Positions 46,329 through 56,440 are shown, numbered from the stretch's first letter. The stretch: DNA of 64,000 nt from an uncultured virus (IMG/VR IMGVR_UViG_3300035080_000019) (IMGVR_UViG_3300035080_000019), one strand, 5' to 3'. Program-made: numbers and translations. The notes: generated from the letters alone by a model not told the origin.

Positions 46329-48109
46329 CAGAAGAACTCCATGGAAGAGGTGTTGTTAGCGGTGGTGCCTTCGAAGGGTTCATAGTCGAGGGCGTGCATG
46401 ACCGACCAGGCCAAGTCAGCGTGACCGGTTTCTTCCGAGCGACCGGCGTCATAGGTGACAGCGCGGCCGCTGGGCGTGAGGATCTTGCGAATGGCCATGA
46501 AGGACTGCGCGATATCAGTCCAGCCTGCATCGAATTGCAGGCGGCCACTGCGGATGATGTTTTGGGCCTTCAGCACCATCCGTGTTTTGACTTCAGGCGA
46601 ATAGCTGATAGGCGTCACTGCGGGGAAGAATTGTTTGACCAGCGGGAAGACGCCCACGCCCATGCCGGTGGTATCGATGCCGATGTACTGGACGTTGTAC
46701 CGACCGCACATTTCCTTGATGAGCGCGGCCTGTTCCGAAAAATCCTTACCCCGCCACTGGTGGCGCTCCAGAATGCGGAAATTGCCGCCTGGAACCAGTG
46801 GCGGCGCAATCACCGAGCAGCCGGCACTGTCGCCCGTCAGCGAAGGGTCATAACCGATCCACACGGGTCGGTGGCCGAAGGGACGGGCCGTAAAGGGCTT
46901 GTAGTCATCCCAATCCACCCACGAATCGACCATGCCGCGCTGCAGGTCAGCGAGCGGAAACACCGACGCAGAATCGTCGATGAAATTGCACATCAGCAGG
47001 TTATCGAACTGGTCCGGCGAGTATTCGAAGTCGCGCAGTTCATCGATGTCGAACAGATCGCAACCACCGGCCGCGGCGTCCATGATCGTGACGATCTGGC
47101 GCCATATTTTGTCCTCGCCCGTGAAGCCGGATGACAGCCGCTTGTGGCTGATATCGATACTGACCTTGTCGCCCTTGGCGCGCCGCTTGTCGAACGCATC
47201 GCCAGTCCAGAAGGGGTATGCCTGGTGCGTGGTGGCCGAGGGCGTCGAGAAATAGGTTTTGCGCCACTTCTTGTGCAAGGCCATGCCGGACGCGACCTTG
47301 TTCAACTCCGTGAAATTGTGCGTCCAGAAAAACTCATCGAAATAGAAGTTGCCGTGATAGCCCTGCGCGGTTCTGGCGTTCGTGCCGAGGAAATACAGGT
47401 GCGCGCCGTTGGGCAGTACGATGGGATCGCCGGACAACTCCACGCCGCACGCATCCTTCGCAAACTGGATGATGTACTGCTTGAAGACGTGCGCTTGAGA
47501 CTTCGAGGCTGAGAGAAAAATCTGATTGCGCCCGGTCTGGATGGCATCAATCAATGCCTCGCGTGCGAAGTACCAGGTCGCACCGATCTGGCGCGATTTG
47601 AGAATGATGCGAGTGCGCTCGCTGCCGTTTCGGTACCAGACCTTTTGATAGTCGAACAGCGAATCATTGAAGGCCTCGACGATGCGCTGCTGCGCCTCTT
47701 CGCTGAACTCATTGCGCACCGGCTTCTTCTTGGAGCCGGCGTTACGATTGGCGATCTTGGGATTGAGGTCGGTTTCGTTGCCGCCCGGCTGTTCATAGCG
47801 GCGCACGCGCGCGGCCTGCACAAGCTGGCGCATCAGTGCATCGAGTTCCTTGTACTCGCCATTGCCCTTTACTTCCTTGGCGATCAGTTGCACTATGCGC
47901 GCTTCAAGGGCAATCTCTACGCGCTCCAGGCGCGAGACCTTTTCCCATTCATCGCGGTGCTTCCAACTATTGACGGTGGAACGCTTAATCTTCAGATGGC
48001 GCGCAATCGACGAAATGCGCCAGCCCTCGAAATACAGGCGGCGCGCAAGCTGCCGAGGCTCGGTCGCCTGATCGATGTTGTCCTTGATGTCTTCTGGAAT
48101 ATCTAACAT
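46328..48109 (-). CDS. Terminase ATPase subunit, P2 gpP-like
   Basis: LKSRQIGATWYFAREA, IGYDP, GHADLAW motifs. Confidence 0.93.
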   Translation of the reverse strand: MLDIPEDIKDNIDQATEPRQLARRLYFEGWRISSIARHLKIKRSTVNSWKHRDEWEKVSRLERVEIALEARIVQLIAKEVKGNGEYKELDALMRQLVQAARVRRYEQPGGNETDLNPKIANRNAGSKKKPVRNEFSEEAQQRIVEAFNDSLFDYQKVWYRNGSERTRIILKSRQIGATWYFAREALIDAIQTGRNQIFLSASKSQAHVFKQYIIQFAKDACGVELSGDPIVLPNGAHLYFLGTNARTAQGYHGNFYFDEFFWTHNFTELNKVASGMALHKKWRKTYFSTPSATTHQAYPFWTGDAFDKRRAKGDKVSIDISHKRLSSGFTGEDKIWRQIVTIMDAAAGGCDLFDIDELRDFEYSPDQFDNLLMCNFIDDSASVFPLADLQRGMVDSWVDWDDYKPFTARPFGHRPVWIGYDPSLTGDSAGCSVIAPPLVPGGNFRILERHQWRGKDFSEQAALIKEMCGRYNVQYIGIDTTGMGVGVFPLVKQFFPAVTPISYSPEVKTRMVLKAQNIIRSGRLQFDAGWTDIAQSFMAIRKILTPSGRAVTYDAGRSEETGHADLAWSVMHALDYEPFEGTTANNTSSMEFF

Positions 48110-48153
48110 GCCGCAAGCGTAGGCGGCGCGCGCGCGTAGCGGGGACTTTGCAG

Positions 48154-48177
48154 AGTCGCTATCCCCCTTTTCAACCC
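48154..48177. promoter_or_regulatory. Candidate late-activator (Ogr-type) site between divergent P and O
   Basis: AGTCG-N12-TCAACCC, repeated upstream of V. Confidence 0.45.
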
Positions 48178-48252
48178 TCACTTCATTGAAGCATTTCGCC
48201 CATCGGCAGAAGATGGCGTTATCCGATCAACCGATAACGAGCGCGAACACTC

Positions 48253-49095
48253 ATGGCAACCAAGAGCAAATTTTTCCGCGTCGCGACTGAGGGCGCGACC
48301 ACTGACGGCCGCAGCATCACCCGCGAGCAAATCCAACAAATGGCCGACAGCTACAACGTGAAAACCTACGGCGCTCGCGTGTGGGTCGAACACCTGCGCA
48401 GCCTACTGCCCGATGGTCCGTTCAAGGCGTATGGCGACGTGCTGTCGCTGAAGGCGGAAGAAGTCGATACCGAGAACGGTAAGCGACTGGCCCTGTTCGC
48501 ACAGATCGAGCCGACACCCGCGCTCATCGCCATGAACAAGGATCGTCAGAAGATCTACACGAGCATTGAGCTGGCCGACAAGTTTGCCGATACCGGTAGT
48601 TCCTATCTGGTCGGCCTGGCCGTCACCGACAGTCCCGCGAGCCTGGGCACCGAAATCCTGCAGTTCTCGGCCACCAATCCCAAGGCATCCCCCTTCACCC
48701 CGCGCAAGCTGAAGCCCGAGAACCTGTTCTCCGAAGCCATCGAAGCCAAGATCGAATTCGAGGAAGACGGCCCGAGCGTGGCCGAGACCATCAAGCAACT
48801 GTTTAGCCGCATCGGTGGCGGCGAGAAGAAGGCCGACGCCCAGCACGCCGATGTGGTTGCTGCCATGACCGCCGTGGCCGAAAAGGTGGGCGAGTTCGCA
48901 CAAGCCACCGCGCAGACTAGCAAGGATGTCGCCGAGGCCGTGGCGCGCCTGGAGAAGCTGGAGAAGCGCGTCGGCGATGAATCGACCACCGCCGAGCAGT
49001 TCCGCCAGACCGTCAACCTGACCGACAAGAGCAACGTACAGCGCCCACCGGCCACCGGTGGCGGCAGCAGTGGCGCCGCGCTGACCGAGTTCTAA
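48253..49095 (+). CDS. Capsid scaffolding protein, P2 gpO-like
   Basis: FRVATEGATTDGR, YLVGLAVTDSPASLGTE motifs. Confidence 0.93.
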   Translation: MATKSKFFRVATEGATTDGRSITREQIQQMADSYNVKTYGARVWVEHLRSLLPDGPFKAYGDVLSLKAEEVDTENGKRLALFAQIEPTPALIAMNKDRQKIYTSIELADKFADTGSSYLVGLAVTDSPASLGTEILQFSATNPKASPFTPRKLKPENLFSEAIEAKIEFEEDGPSVAETIKQLFSRIGGGEKKADAQHADVVAAMTAVAEKVGEFAQATAQTSKDVAEAVARLEKLEKRVGDESTTAEQFRQTVNLTDKSNVQRPPATGGGSSGAALTEF

Positions 49096-49145
49096 GCCGG
49101 CCCTGGCCCGTCCCCTTTTTACGCATTTACCCTGGAGCAGAACAC

Positions 49146-50189
49146 ATGAAGAATCAGACCCGTGCCGCCTATAACGCCTACACTGCGCGCCTGGCGAGCC
49201 TAAATGATGTCGCGGGCGGCGCCGTCCATTCGACGTTCTCGGTAGATCCGAGCGTGCAGCAGAAGCTGGAAGACAAAATGCAGGAATCGTCGGAATTCCT
49301 GTCCAGCATCAACCTGATCGGCGTCGATGAGCTGGAAGGTGAAAAGATCGGCCTGGGCGTGTCCGGCCCCATCGCCAGCCGTACCGATACGCGCGGCGAC
49401 AAGCGTCGTAACACCCGCGATGCATCGGCCCTGTCGAACACCCGCTATCGCTGCGAGAAAACCAACTTCGACACCCATATCACCTATGCCAAGCTGGATG
49501 CCTGGGCCAAGTTCCAGGACTTCCAGTTGCGCCTGGCTAATGCCATTCTGAAGCGCCAGGCACTGGACCGCATCATGATCGGCTTCAACGGCGTGAAGGT
49601 CGCGGCCGATACCAATCTCGACCAGTATCCGCTGCTGCAGGACGTGAACAAGGGCTGGCTGCAGCAGATCCGCGAGCAGTCCCCGCAGCGTGTCATGGGC
49701 CTGGTCGGCCAGGATCTGCCGGGCAAGGTCATCATCGGCAAAGGCGAAGGTGCCGATTATGTGAACCTCGATGCCGCCGTGTATGACGCGGTAACCAATC
49801 TGGACCCGTGGTATCAGGACGATACCGGTCTGGTGGTGATCGTCGGTCGCGAACTGCTGCATGACAAGTATTTCCCGCTGATCAACAAGGCACAAGCACC
49901 GACCGAAGTCCTGGCCGCTGACATCATCGTGAGCCAGAAGCGCATCGGCGGCCTGCCGGCTGTGCGGGTGCCGTCCTTCCCAGCCAATGCCATGTTGATT
50001 ACCCGTCTGGACAATCTGTCGATCTACTTCCAGAACGGTGGCCGCCGCCGTCGCGTGGTTGATGAACCGAAGGCCGACCGCATCGAAAACTATGAATCGT
50101 CCAACGATGCCTACGTGATCGAGGATGAGGGCCTGGCCGCCCTGGTGGAAAACGTGGTGCTGCAGGATGCGGCAGCGGGTGGCGCCTGA
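49146..50189 (+). CDS. Major capsid protein, P2 gpN-like
   Basis: LDRIMIGFNG, PLLQDVNKGWLQ, YESSNDAYVIED motifs. Confidence 0.95.
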   Translation: MKNQTRAAYNAYTARLASLNDVAGGAVHSTFSVDPSVQQKLEDKMQESSEFLSSINLIGVDELEGEKIGLGVSGPIASRTDTRGDKRRNTRDASALSNTRYRCEKTNFDTHITYAKLDAWAKFQDFQLRLANAILKRQALDRIMIGFNGVKVAADTNLDQYPLLQDVNKGWLQQIREQSPQRVMGLVGQDLPGKVIIGKGEGADYVNLDAAVYDAVTNLDPWYQDDTGLVVIVGRELLHDKYFPLINKAQAPTEVLAADIIVSQKRIGGLPAVRVPSFPANAMLITRLDNLSIYFQNGGRRRRVVDEPKADRIENYESSNDAYVIEDEGLAALVENVVLQDAAAGGA

Positions 50190-50908
50190 TGTCGCGCCTG
50201 TCTCCCGCTGCGCGCCATCGGGAACGGATGCTGGGCAAGCTGGCGGCGGCTGCCGGCGAGCCTGGCGGCGTGACCACCGGCAGCGCCTATGAGCTGATGC
50301 TGATGAAGCTCCACGAAGACCGCCGCACGCTGTCCAACATCCAATCCATCGAACGCAAGATTGAGATGAAGGCCACCATGCTGCCGGCCTATCAAGACTG
50401 GATTGATGGCGTGCTGTCGGCCGGCCGTGGCGCCCATGACGAAGTGCTGGTGAACGTGCTGGTGTGGCACATCGATGTCGGCGACTACGAACGGGCCTTG
50501 CAGCTCTCGGCCTATGCGCTGGAGCACCGGTTCACTCTGCCGGATCGCTATAACCGCACCTTGCCCACGCTGCTGCAGGATGACTTTGCCGGCGCCAGCC
50601 TGGGCGGCAAGCTGAAGGACGACCCCGCACGCGCCGCCAACATCCTGCAGCAGGTGCTAGCCATGACCGGCAATGCCGACACGCCCGACCAGGCGCGCGC
50701 CAAGGTGCATAAGGCGCTGGGCCTGGCCCTGCTGGAGCTGGTCAATCAGGTGGATGCCGAGAACATCACGCCGGCCTCTGCCGACCAGGCCACGGCCGCA
50801 CTCCAGCACCTCACCCGTGCGAGCGAGCTGCACCAGGCGGCCGGCGTCAAGAAGGAAATCGAGCGGCTGGAACGGCGCCTGAAGAAGTTTGCCGAGCCGG
50901 CCAAGTAA
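50189..50908 (+). CDS. Terminase small (endonuclease) subunit, P2 gpM-like
   Basis: SPA.RH, VW.ID.GD, GVKK.IERLER motifs. Confidence 0.9.
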   Translation: MSRLSPAARHRERMLGKLAAAAGEPGGVTTGSAYELMLMKLHEDRRTLSNIQSIERKIEMKATMLPAYQDWIDGVLSAGRGAHDEVLVNVLVWHIDVGDYERALQLSAYALEHRFTLPDRYNRTLPTLLQDDFAGASLGGKLKDDPARAANILQQVLAMTGNADTPDQARAKVHKALGLALLELVNQVDAENITPASADQATAALQHLTRASELHQAAGVKKEIERLERRLKKFAEPAK

Positions 50909-50996
50909 AGAGCACCCCACGGCGCAGGGCGGCCCGGGACGGAAGCGACACAGTTCGTCGGATGTCCCGGCCACCGCCCCCACTCTCTCCAAGACC

Positions 50997-51488
50997 ATGA
51001 ACTACCTTGATGACGTACCGGTGATACCGGGGCCGACCACGCCGGCCGATGTGAAGGACATCACCAATGACGGCTTTTTCCCTGACATCAGCATGTCTGC
51101 CATGCGCAACGCCATGCGGCTGGATTCAACGGTGACGGATGCCCGCCTGCGCCCGGCGCTGGTGGACGCAATCTTGACCACTAACCGGCTGCTGCGAGAG
51201 TGGCAAGCGGGCCACCTGGCCAGCGGCATCCAGACGCTGGACCAGGTGCCCGCACTCAAGGTGGACGGTGAAAGCCAGTACGTCGCGCACTACCGACGCG
51301 CCGTCTACAGCTTCGCCAAGGCCGACATCTTCGAAAGCTATCGGGACTACGACACCACGGCGAGCGCCCTGACCGACAAAAAAAACATGGAATGGATGGA
51401 TACCGCGCCGGACGTGCAGCGCCGTAATGGCCATTGGGCCATCAATGACATTCTCGGCCGCACGCACGCCACCGTGGAGCTGATCTGA
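50997..51488 (+). CDS. Head completion protein, P2 gpL-like
   Basis: NDGFFPDI, YRRAVY, YRDYDTT, TVELI motifs. Confidence 0.9.
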   Translation: MNYLDDVPVIPGPTTPADVKDITNDGFFPDISMSAMRNAMRLDSTVTDARLRPALVDAILTTNRLLREWQAGHLASGIQTLDQVPALKVDGESQYVAHYRRAVYSFAKADIFESYRDYDTTASALTDKKNMEWMDTAPDVQRRNGHWAINDILGRTHATVELI

Positions 51489-51697
51489 TGCAGGTACGCA
51501 GCCAGCAAGGCGACACGCTTGATGCGCTGGTGTTTCGCTACCTGGGCGCCAGCAGCGGCTACGTGGAACAGGCGCTGGCCTTAAATCCGGCACTCGCCGC
51601 GCTCGGCGCCGTGTTACCGGCTGGGACCATCGTCACGCTGCCGGCCGCGCTGGAAGCATCGGCCACCACGCAAGACAGCATCAGCCTGTGGGACTGA
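51488..51697 (+). CDS. Tail protein, P2 gpX-like
   Basis: QGDTLD.L..RY.G, NP.LA, LWD motifs. Confidence 0.9.
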   Translation: MQVRSQQGDTLDALVFRYLGASSGYVEQALALNPALAALGAVLPAGTIVTLPAALEASATTQDSISLWD

Positions 51698-51737
51698 ACA
51701 CATGAATACGAAATCACTGACAAGGGGAAACCAAGTT

Positions 51738-52112
51738 ATGGCAGCAGAATCCGCGGGCGGCATCGCTGCCGTCCTGAAAATCTACGGCATCAAGGCGGTG
51801 CTGGGCATGGTGGGCGCCGCGCTGCTGTACATCGTCCTGCCGCCACGCAATGCCGATGGCTCCTTCAATGAGAAGGAATTTGTGGTGCGCCTGGCCTGCG
51901 CGGGCGCGTTCTCGATCATGTTCGGCGACCTGGCGTTTTCGCTGCTGGTGCAACATGCAGCCGCCGTGGCCACCGTGCTGGGGCCGAAGCCGGTCGATCT
52001 GATGGTGGGCGCGCCGGCCTGGTGGGTGACCCGTGCCGTGGCACTGTGGTTCCAACGGCGCCAGGGCAAAGACATTGCCGAGCTGGCGCGTGACGTGAAG
52101 GAAACGCTGTGA
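51738..52112 (+). CDS. Holin
   Basis: TM segments; between X and the endolysin. Confidence 0.65.
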   Translation: MAAESAGGIAAVLKIYGIKAVLGMVGAALLYIVLPPRNADGSFNEKEFVVRLACAGAFSIMFGDLAFSLLVQHAAAVATVLGPKPVDLMVGAPAWWVTRAVALWFQRRQGKDIAELARDVKETL

Positions 52113-52639
52113 ATCCACTCGACAACCGCCGCGCCTTCCTGGGCATGATCCGTTTTTCTGAGGGAACCTCGAATTCTCCTACCACGCGCGACCGAGGCTA
52201 TGACCAGATTGTTGGCCGCACCCGCTTTACCAGCTATGCCGACCATCCGCGCGTGCGGGTCTACCTGCCGCGCTACAAGGTGTGGTCAACCGCAGCCGGT
52301 GGCTATCAGTTGCTGATGCGCTACTACGACCATTACGCCCCCCTGCTGAAACTGAGGGGCTTTGCGCCGGACGTGCAGGATGCCATCGCCCTGCAGCAGA
52401 TCAAGGAATGCCGGGCGCTGCCCGATATCGATGCGGGCCGACTGAGTGACGCGATCGCCAAGTGCAAGAACATCTGGGCGTCGTTGCCGGGTGCTGGCTA
52501 CGGCCAGTTTGAGCACCGTTATGCGGATCTGGAACAAGCGTTCCTCCGCGAAGGCGGCGAAGCCATTGTGTTGCCCGTCCCGAAGACCAGCGAAGAACTG
52601 CACCTGGCCTTCGTGCAAGCCGGTGGGGTATTGGCATGA
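52109..52639 (+). CDS. Endolysin, lambda R-like lytic transglycosylase
   Basis: AFL..I..SEGT, STAAG.YQ, WASLPGAGYGQ motifs. Confidence 0.88.
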   Translation: MNPLDNRRAFLGMIRFSEGTSNSPTTRDRGYDQIVGRTRFTSYADHPRVRVYLPRYKVWSTAAGGYQLLMRYYDHYAPLLKLRGFAPDVQDAIALQQIKECRALPDIDAGRLSDAIAKCKNIWASLPGAGYGQFEHRYADLEQAFLREGGEAIVLPVPKTSEELHLAFVQAGGVLA

Positions 52640-53205
52640 CGCTCACGCAAGCATGGCGCACACGCTTGCGGGTGGCGCTCGGCCTGGGCCTGCTGGGCGC
52701 GATTTTCGGGGCGGGCTGGGCAATCCAGGGATGGCGCAAGGATGCCGACATCAACCACCTGAAAGAAGGCATTGCCAGCGCCAACCAGGCAGCGGCCGAC
52801 GCTCGCGCCGAACGGACACAGAAGGTGCTCCAGGCCGAGCGCAACGCCCGTGATGCGCTCCAGGCCATCACCGACAAGCTCACCAACGAAAGGGACAGTG
52901 CCCATCATGAGAAAGAGACCTTTATTGCTGGCGTGCGCAGTGGCGCTATCCGGCTGTCAGTCCCCGTCATCGCTGCAATGCCAGCCGGGGCCAGTTGCCC
53001 AGATTCCGCCACTACCGGGGGAGCTGGCCAGGAAGCGCGAGCCGAACTTACGCCAGCGGCAGCAGAGTTTCTTGACGACATCGCCAGCGAAGGCGATGAC
53101 GCCATCCGACAAGCCAATGCCCTGATCGATGCCTACAATGCCTTGCGAGAAAAACTGAATGTACAAGCCCAACAATCTGCGGGACTACCTGCGCAAGGCC
53201 ATTAA
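52636..53205 (+). CDS. Rz-like i-spanin
   Basis: N-terminal TM helix, VRSGAIRLSVPV, RAEL.P, GD.AIRQ motifs. Confidence 0.82.
   Translation: MTLTQAWRTRLRVALGLGLLGAIFGAGWAIQGWRKDADINHLKEGIASANQAAADARAERTQKVLQAERNARDALQAITDKLTNERDSAHHEKETFIAGVRSGAIRLSVPVIAAMPAGASCPDSATTGGAGQEARAELTPAAAEFLDDIASEGDDAIRQANALIDAYNALREKLNVQAQQSAGLPAQGH
52907..53125 (+). CDS. Rz1-like o-spanin embedded in Rz
   Basis: MRKRPLLLACAVALSGC lipobox, Pro-rich mature part. Confidence 0.72.
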   Translation: MRKRPLLLACAVALSGCQSPSSLQCQPGPVAQIPPLPGELARKREPNLRQRQQSFLTTSPAKAMTPSDKPMP

Positions 53206-53644
53206 GGAACTGGCGCAGAACCCGGACAAGCTGCACATCTTCATCGATGAGGGCGGCACCCGCGCCACCGGTACGGCGGGCCTGTCCTTCGAGTATGAAT
53301 ACGTGCTGAACCTGATCTTGACCGATTTTGGCCTCGATCTTGATGTGGTATTTGTTCCTCTCTTGGCCTGGATGCGGGTTCACCAGCGAGAAGCCTTCGC
53401 CAATCCTGAGAACGCGAAGAAGGCCGTGCGCTTCGAGGTGGACATGAACAGCGCCCAATCTCTCGATCTGTCGATCAAGCTCACGCTCACCGAGCGCACC
53501 ATCGTGAAACGTCAGGATGGTGGCCGGTTGCAAATTGATCATGCAGCCGAGCCGCAGCTCACCCCGCCCTTCGCCGATGACTTCTGGCAGCTTTACCGGG
53601 GCGATAGCCTGCTGGCCGAATGGGACGTGCCGAAGCTGCCATGA
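53159..53644 (+). CDS. Tail completion protein, P2 gpR-like
   Basis: M.KP..LR, NPDKL..FID.G, SFEY.Y.L, LTER motifs. Confidence 0.9.
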   Translation: MYKPNNLRDYLRKAIKELAQNPDKLHIFIDEGGTRATGTAGLSFEYEYVLNLILTDFGLDLDVVFVPLLAWMRVHQREAFANPENAKKAVRFEVDMNSAQSLDLSIKLTLTERTIVKRQDGGRLQIDHAAEPQLTPPFADDFWQLYRGDSLLAEWDVPKLP

Positions 53645-54111
53645 GTGATGACCTACAACGACTGGAAGAATGGGTCGCCGCCCTCATCGCGAAGGTACAG
53701 CCAGCGCAACGGCGCCAGCTTGTGCGCCAGGTGGCCAACGATCTACGGCGCGAGCACGCCAGGATGATCGCGCAGCAGATAGCGCCGGACGGCACGCCCT
53801 ATCCTGCACGCAAGAATCGTAAGGAACTGCGCAGCAAGTCAGGCAGGATCAAGCGGCAGAAGGCGGCCATGTTCAACAAGCTGCGCACAAATGCTTACCT
53901 AAAGATCCAGGCAGACGCCAATCAGGCATCGGTCGGCTTTTTCGGTAAGGTGGCGCGCATTGCGCGCGTCCATCATGAAGGGCGACAGGACAAGGTGGCG
54001 CCACATGGTCCAAGCTATAAATATCCGGCCCGGCCACTACTTGGGTTTACTCAATCTGATGAAGTAAAACTAAGGGAAAGCCTCCTTTCTCACCTTGAAA
54101 AATACAACTAA
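53641..54111 (+). CDS. Virion morphogenesis protein, P2 gpS-like
   Basis: Q.APDG.PY..RK, IARVHHEG, YPARPLLG motifs. Confidence 0.9.
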   Translation: MSDDLQRLEEWVAALIAKVQPAQRRQLVRQVANDLRREHARMIAQQIAPDGTPYPARKNRKELRSKSGRIKRQKAAMFNKLRTNAYLKIQADANQASVGFFGKVARIARVHHEGRQDKVAPHGPSYKYPARPLLGFTQSDEVKLRESLLSHLEKYN

Positions 54112-54345
54112 GAGGTAGCTTTTTGAGCGACGCCGTCGCTTCGCCTCACTCTTTTTCCACACCAAAATACGCTATGAACGGCAGGCATACACTAGGGAAA
54201 TTCTTACTTCGTTACAACCTCTTATAAACGCGTGCCATATCTATTTTTCTTCAGGAAAAAGTTACGTATTTCGATTACATTCAGATTCTTCGCTGAACTA
54301 CTGACGAAGAATTAACTAATCCACACTTAAACAGGAGCAAGAAAA

Positions 54346-55425
54346 GTGACAACTGCATACACAGCATCTAATCCTGTAGCAATGGCATCATTGCCAACCA
54401 CAAATGGAATAATTCAAAGGTTCACGGTTAACGTTACAAACACATCTGACGCAACCTATGCTCCTGATGGTCTTGCTGCCGCTCCTATCTATGGGCTGGG
54501 TGGTCAGGCATTGCAAGGCAATGAAATGGTGGCAAATAGCATTGCCACACTGGTTTCATACGTTGGTCCGTTATTGAATTCTGGTTCGTTGTGCTGGATA
54601 CTCTTCGAGTGCATTGCAGGAGCACAACAGGTGGCTCCCGCTACCGCCAGTCAACATGCAGTTCAATTTGGTCAGGTTGCCGGCGTGGTCGGACAGTCGC
54701 GTAACGCGAGAATATCAATCCCCACGGCCTCTTCCAGCGCGACCTTCACAGTGGACGAACTGATCGTAGAAACTGCGCTGGGTGGCTTGCGGTACTGTCT
54801 CTCCAATCTGAATCAGAGCATCAACCTAACCACTAGCGGCGTTGGTGGCATGGATACTGGCAGCGCACCGAACAACGGTACCGTGGCAGTGTATGAGATG
54901 TACAACCCTACTAGTGGTGCCAAAGGCCTGATCGGCTTCAACGCTACATCAGTGACTCCGGGCCAGGTCTACGGTGGGTCGAACGCCCCGGCTGGTTATA
55001 CGGCATCCTCGCTAGTGGCAATCCTGCAGACAAACGGATCTGGCCAGTTCAAACCAGCTTATGTAAGCGGGCGAAAGGTATCTCATGGCAGCTTCTCCGT
55101 GCTGAATACCTCGAATGCGGCTCCTGATGGGACATCGCTGGATATTTCTAGTGTTACTCCCAAAGGTGCCATTGCCGTGTCGGGTTACCTCGTTACCAGC
55201 AATACCACGTCGAGTGATGCGACGAATACATTATCCATTGCCGTAGATTCGGCGATGAACGGTGCTAAGATTTTGCAACCGAAGTTGACCTCTGCCAACG
55301 GCTGGTCCCAAGCGTTTGCTTTTGATTCGCTTTCCCTCTCCGCTGCTCAGACGATTTATTATGGTGCATCTGCTAGTGCCGGCTCGCCTACTTACAAGAT
55401 CACATTGAGCGGCTACGAATTTTAG
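54346..55425 (+). CDS. Stand-alone tail-fibre-like Ser/Thr/Gly-rich protein (moron)
   Basis: AGGAG RBS, AT-rich flanks; VAPAT.SQHAVQ.GQ, INL...G.GGMDTG.AP, P.GYTAS.LV motifs seen in phage fibre distal domains. Confidence 0.6.
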   Translation: MTTAYTASNPVAMASLPTTNGIIQRFTVNVTNTSDATYAPDGLAAAPIYGLGGQALQGNEMVANSIATLVSYVGPLLNSGSLCWILFECIAGAQQVAPATASQHAVQFGQVAGVVGQSRNARISIPTASSSATFTVDELIVETALGGLRYCLSNLNQSINLTTSGVGGMDTGSAPNNGTVAVYEMYNPTSGAKGLIGFNATSVTPGQVYGGSNAPAGYTASSLVAILQTNGSGQFKPAYVSGRKVSHGSFSVLNTSNAAPDGTSLDISSVTPKGAIAVSGYLVTSNTTSSDATNTLSIAVDSAMNGAKILQPKLTSANGWSQAFAFDSLSLSAAQTIYYGASASAGSPTYKITLSGYEF

Positions 55426-55587
55426 AAGTTATTTAATCACCGTCTCATGCGTCGTTTCGATGCTTCGAAAATGATTTGTTAACCTCAAAAAACGGAACGC
55501 GTGTAAGAAGACGATTCGCGAAAATTTAATCAAAAAATGTCCCTGAGGGACTTCCTAATTTTGAAGGTGTTCTAGAAGCGTTCTTAT

Positions 55588-55611
55588 AGCCCGCCCCGGC
55601 GGGCTTTTTTA
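55588..55611 (+). terminator. Intrinsic terminator after the moron
   Basis: AGCCCGCC-cc-GGCGGGCT followed by a T run. Confidence 0.75.
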
Positions 55612-55727
55612 TGCGTGAACTATGCGAGTCCGATCGAAAGTGCCACTTCTCGGCCTGAGCTACAGTAAGCCAACCTTTCCCGATGGGAGTTTAACGTCGC
55701 AGATGGGACGCTGTTGCGTCACCTAAA

Positions 55728-55751
55728 AGTCGGTAAGGCGGATATCAACCC
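55728..55751 (+). promoter_or_regulatory. Candidate late-activator site upstream of V
   Basis: AGTCG-N12-TCAACCC, as at 48154-48177. Confidence 0.45.
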
Positions 55752-55795
55752 GTCGCTAAGTGCCTTCCCGCGCGCGATCCGGCAACATGGGTTGC

Positions 55796-56440
55796 ATGAC
55801 GCCCGACCTCTCCGAACTCGTTCGCACCATCCCGAATTTGATCCGCACCGGCAAGATTGCCGAGATCAAAGCGGACAAGGTGCGCGTGCGCTTATCTCCC
55901 TCGCTGCTGACCACCTGGCTGCAATGGGTCGCGCTGCGCGCCGGGGATGTCATCGATTGGTGCCCGCCGTCCATCGGTGAGCAAGTCATCGTCTTTTCCC
56001 CTAATGGCGACCTGACGCAAGGCAAGGTGCTGGCCGGCCTGTTCTCGGCCGATTCACCAGCTCCGCAATCCTCTCTCAAGATCCGCTCCATCCACTACCC
56101 CGATGGCGCCGTAGTGCTGTACGACTTCGCCAAGCACACGTTATCGGCCATCCTTCCGGCCGGCAGCTCGGCCCTGGTAAAAGCCGATGCGGTGACCGCT
56201 GACGCACCACAAACCACCTGCACCGGCAATGTGACCATCAAGGGCAATCTGCTGGTGGAAGGCTTCAGCGCATTGAACAATGGCGCCAGGGTTCAAGGCG
56301 GCGACGGTGGCGCCGCGATGGTCATCGATGGCCAGGTGCAAGCAACAGGCGACGTGATGGCCGGCAATATCAGCCTGCGCCATCACCCGCATGACCAGGT
56401 CAAACGCGGCGATGAGAAGTCAGGAGCACCGCTGCCATGA
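55796..56440 (+). CDS. Baseplate spike, P2 gpV-like
   Basis: NLIRTG, W.PPS.GEQV, YPDGA...YD, H-x-H tip. Confidence 0.92.
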   Translation: MTPDLSELVRTIPNLIRTGKIAEIKADKVRVRLSPSLLTTWLQWVALRAGDVIDWCPPSIGEQVIVFSPNGDLTQGKVLAGLFSADSPAPQSSLKIRSIHYPDGAVVLYDFAKHTLSAILPAGSSALVKADAVTADAPQTTCTGNVTIKGNLLVEGFSALNNGARVQGGDGGAAMVIDGQVQATGDVMAGNISLRHHPHDQVKRGDEKSGAPLP

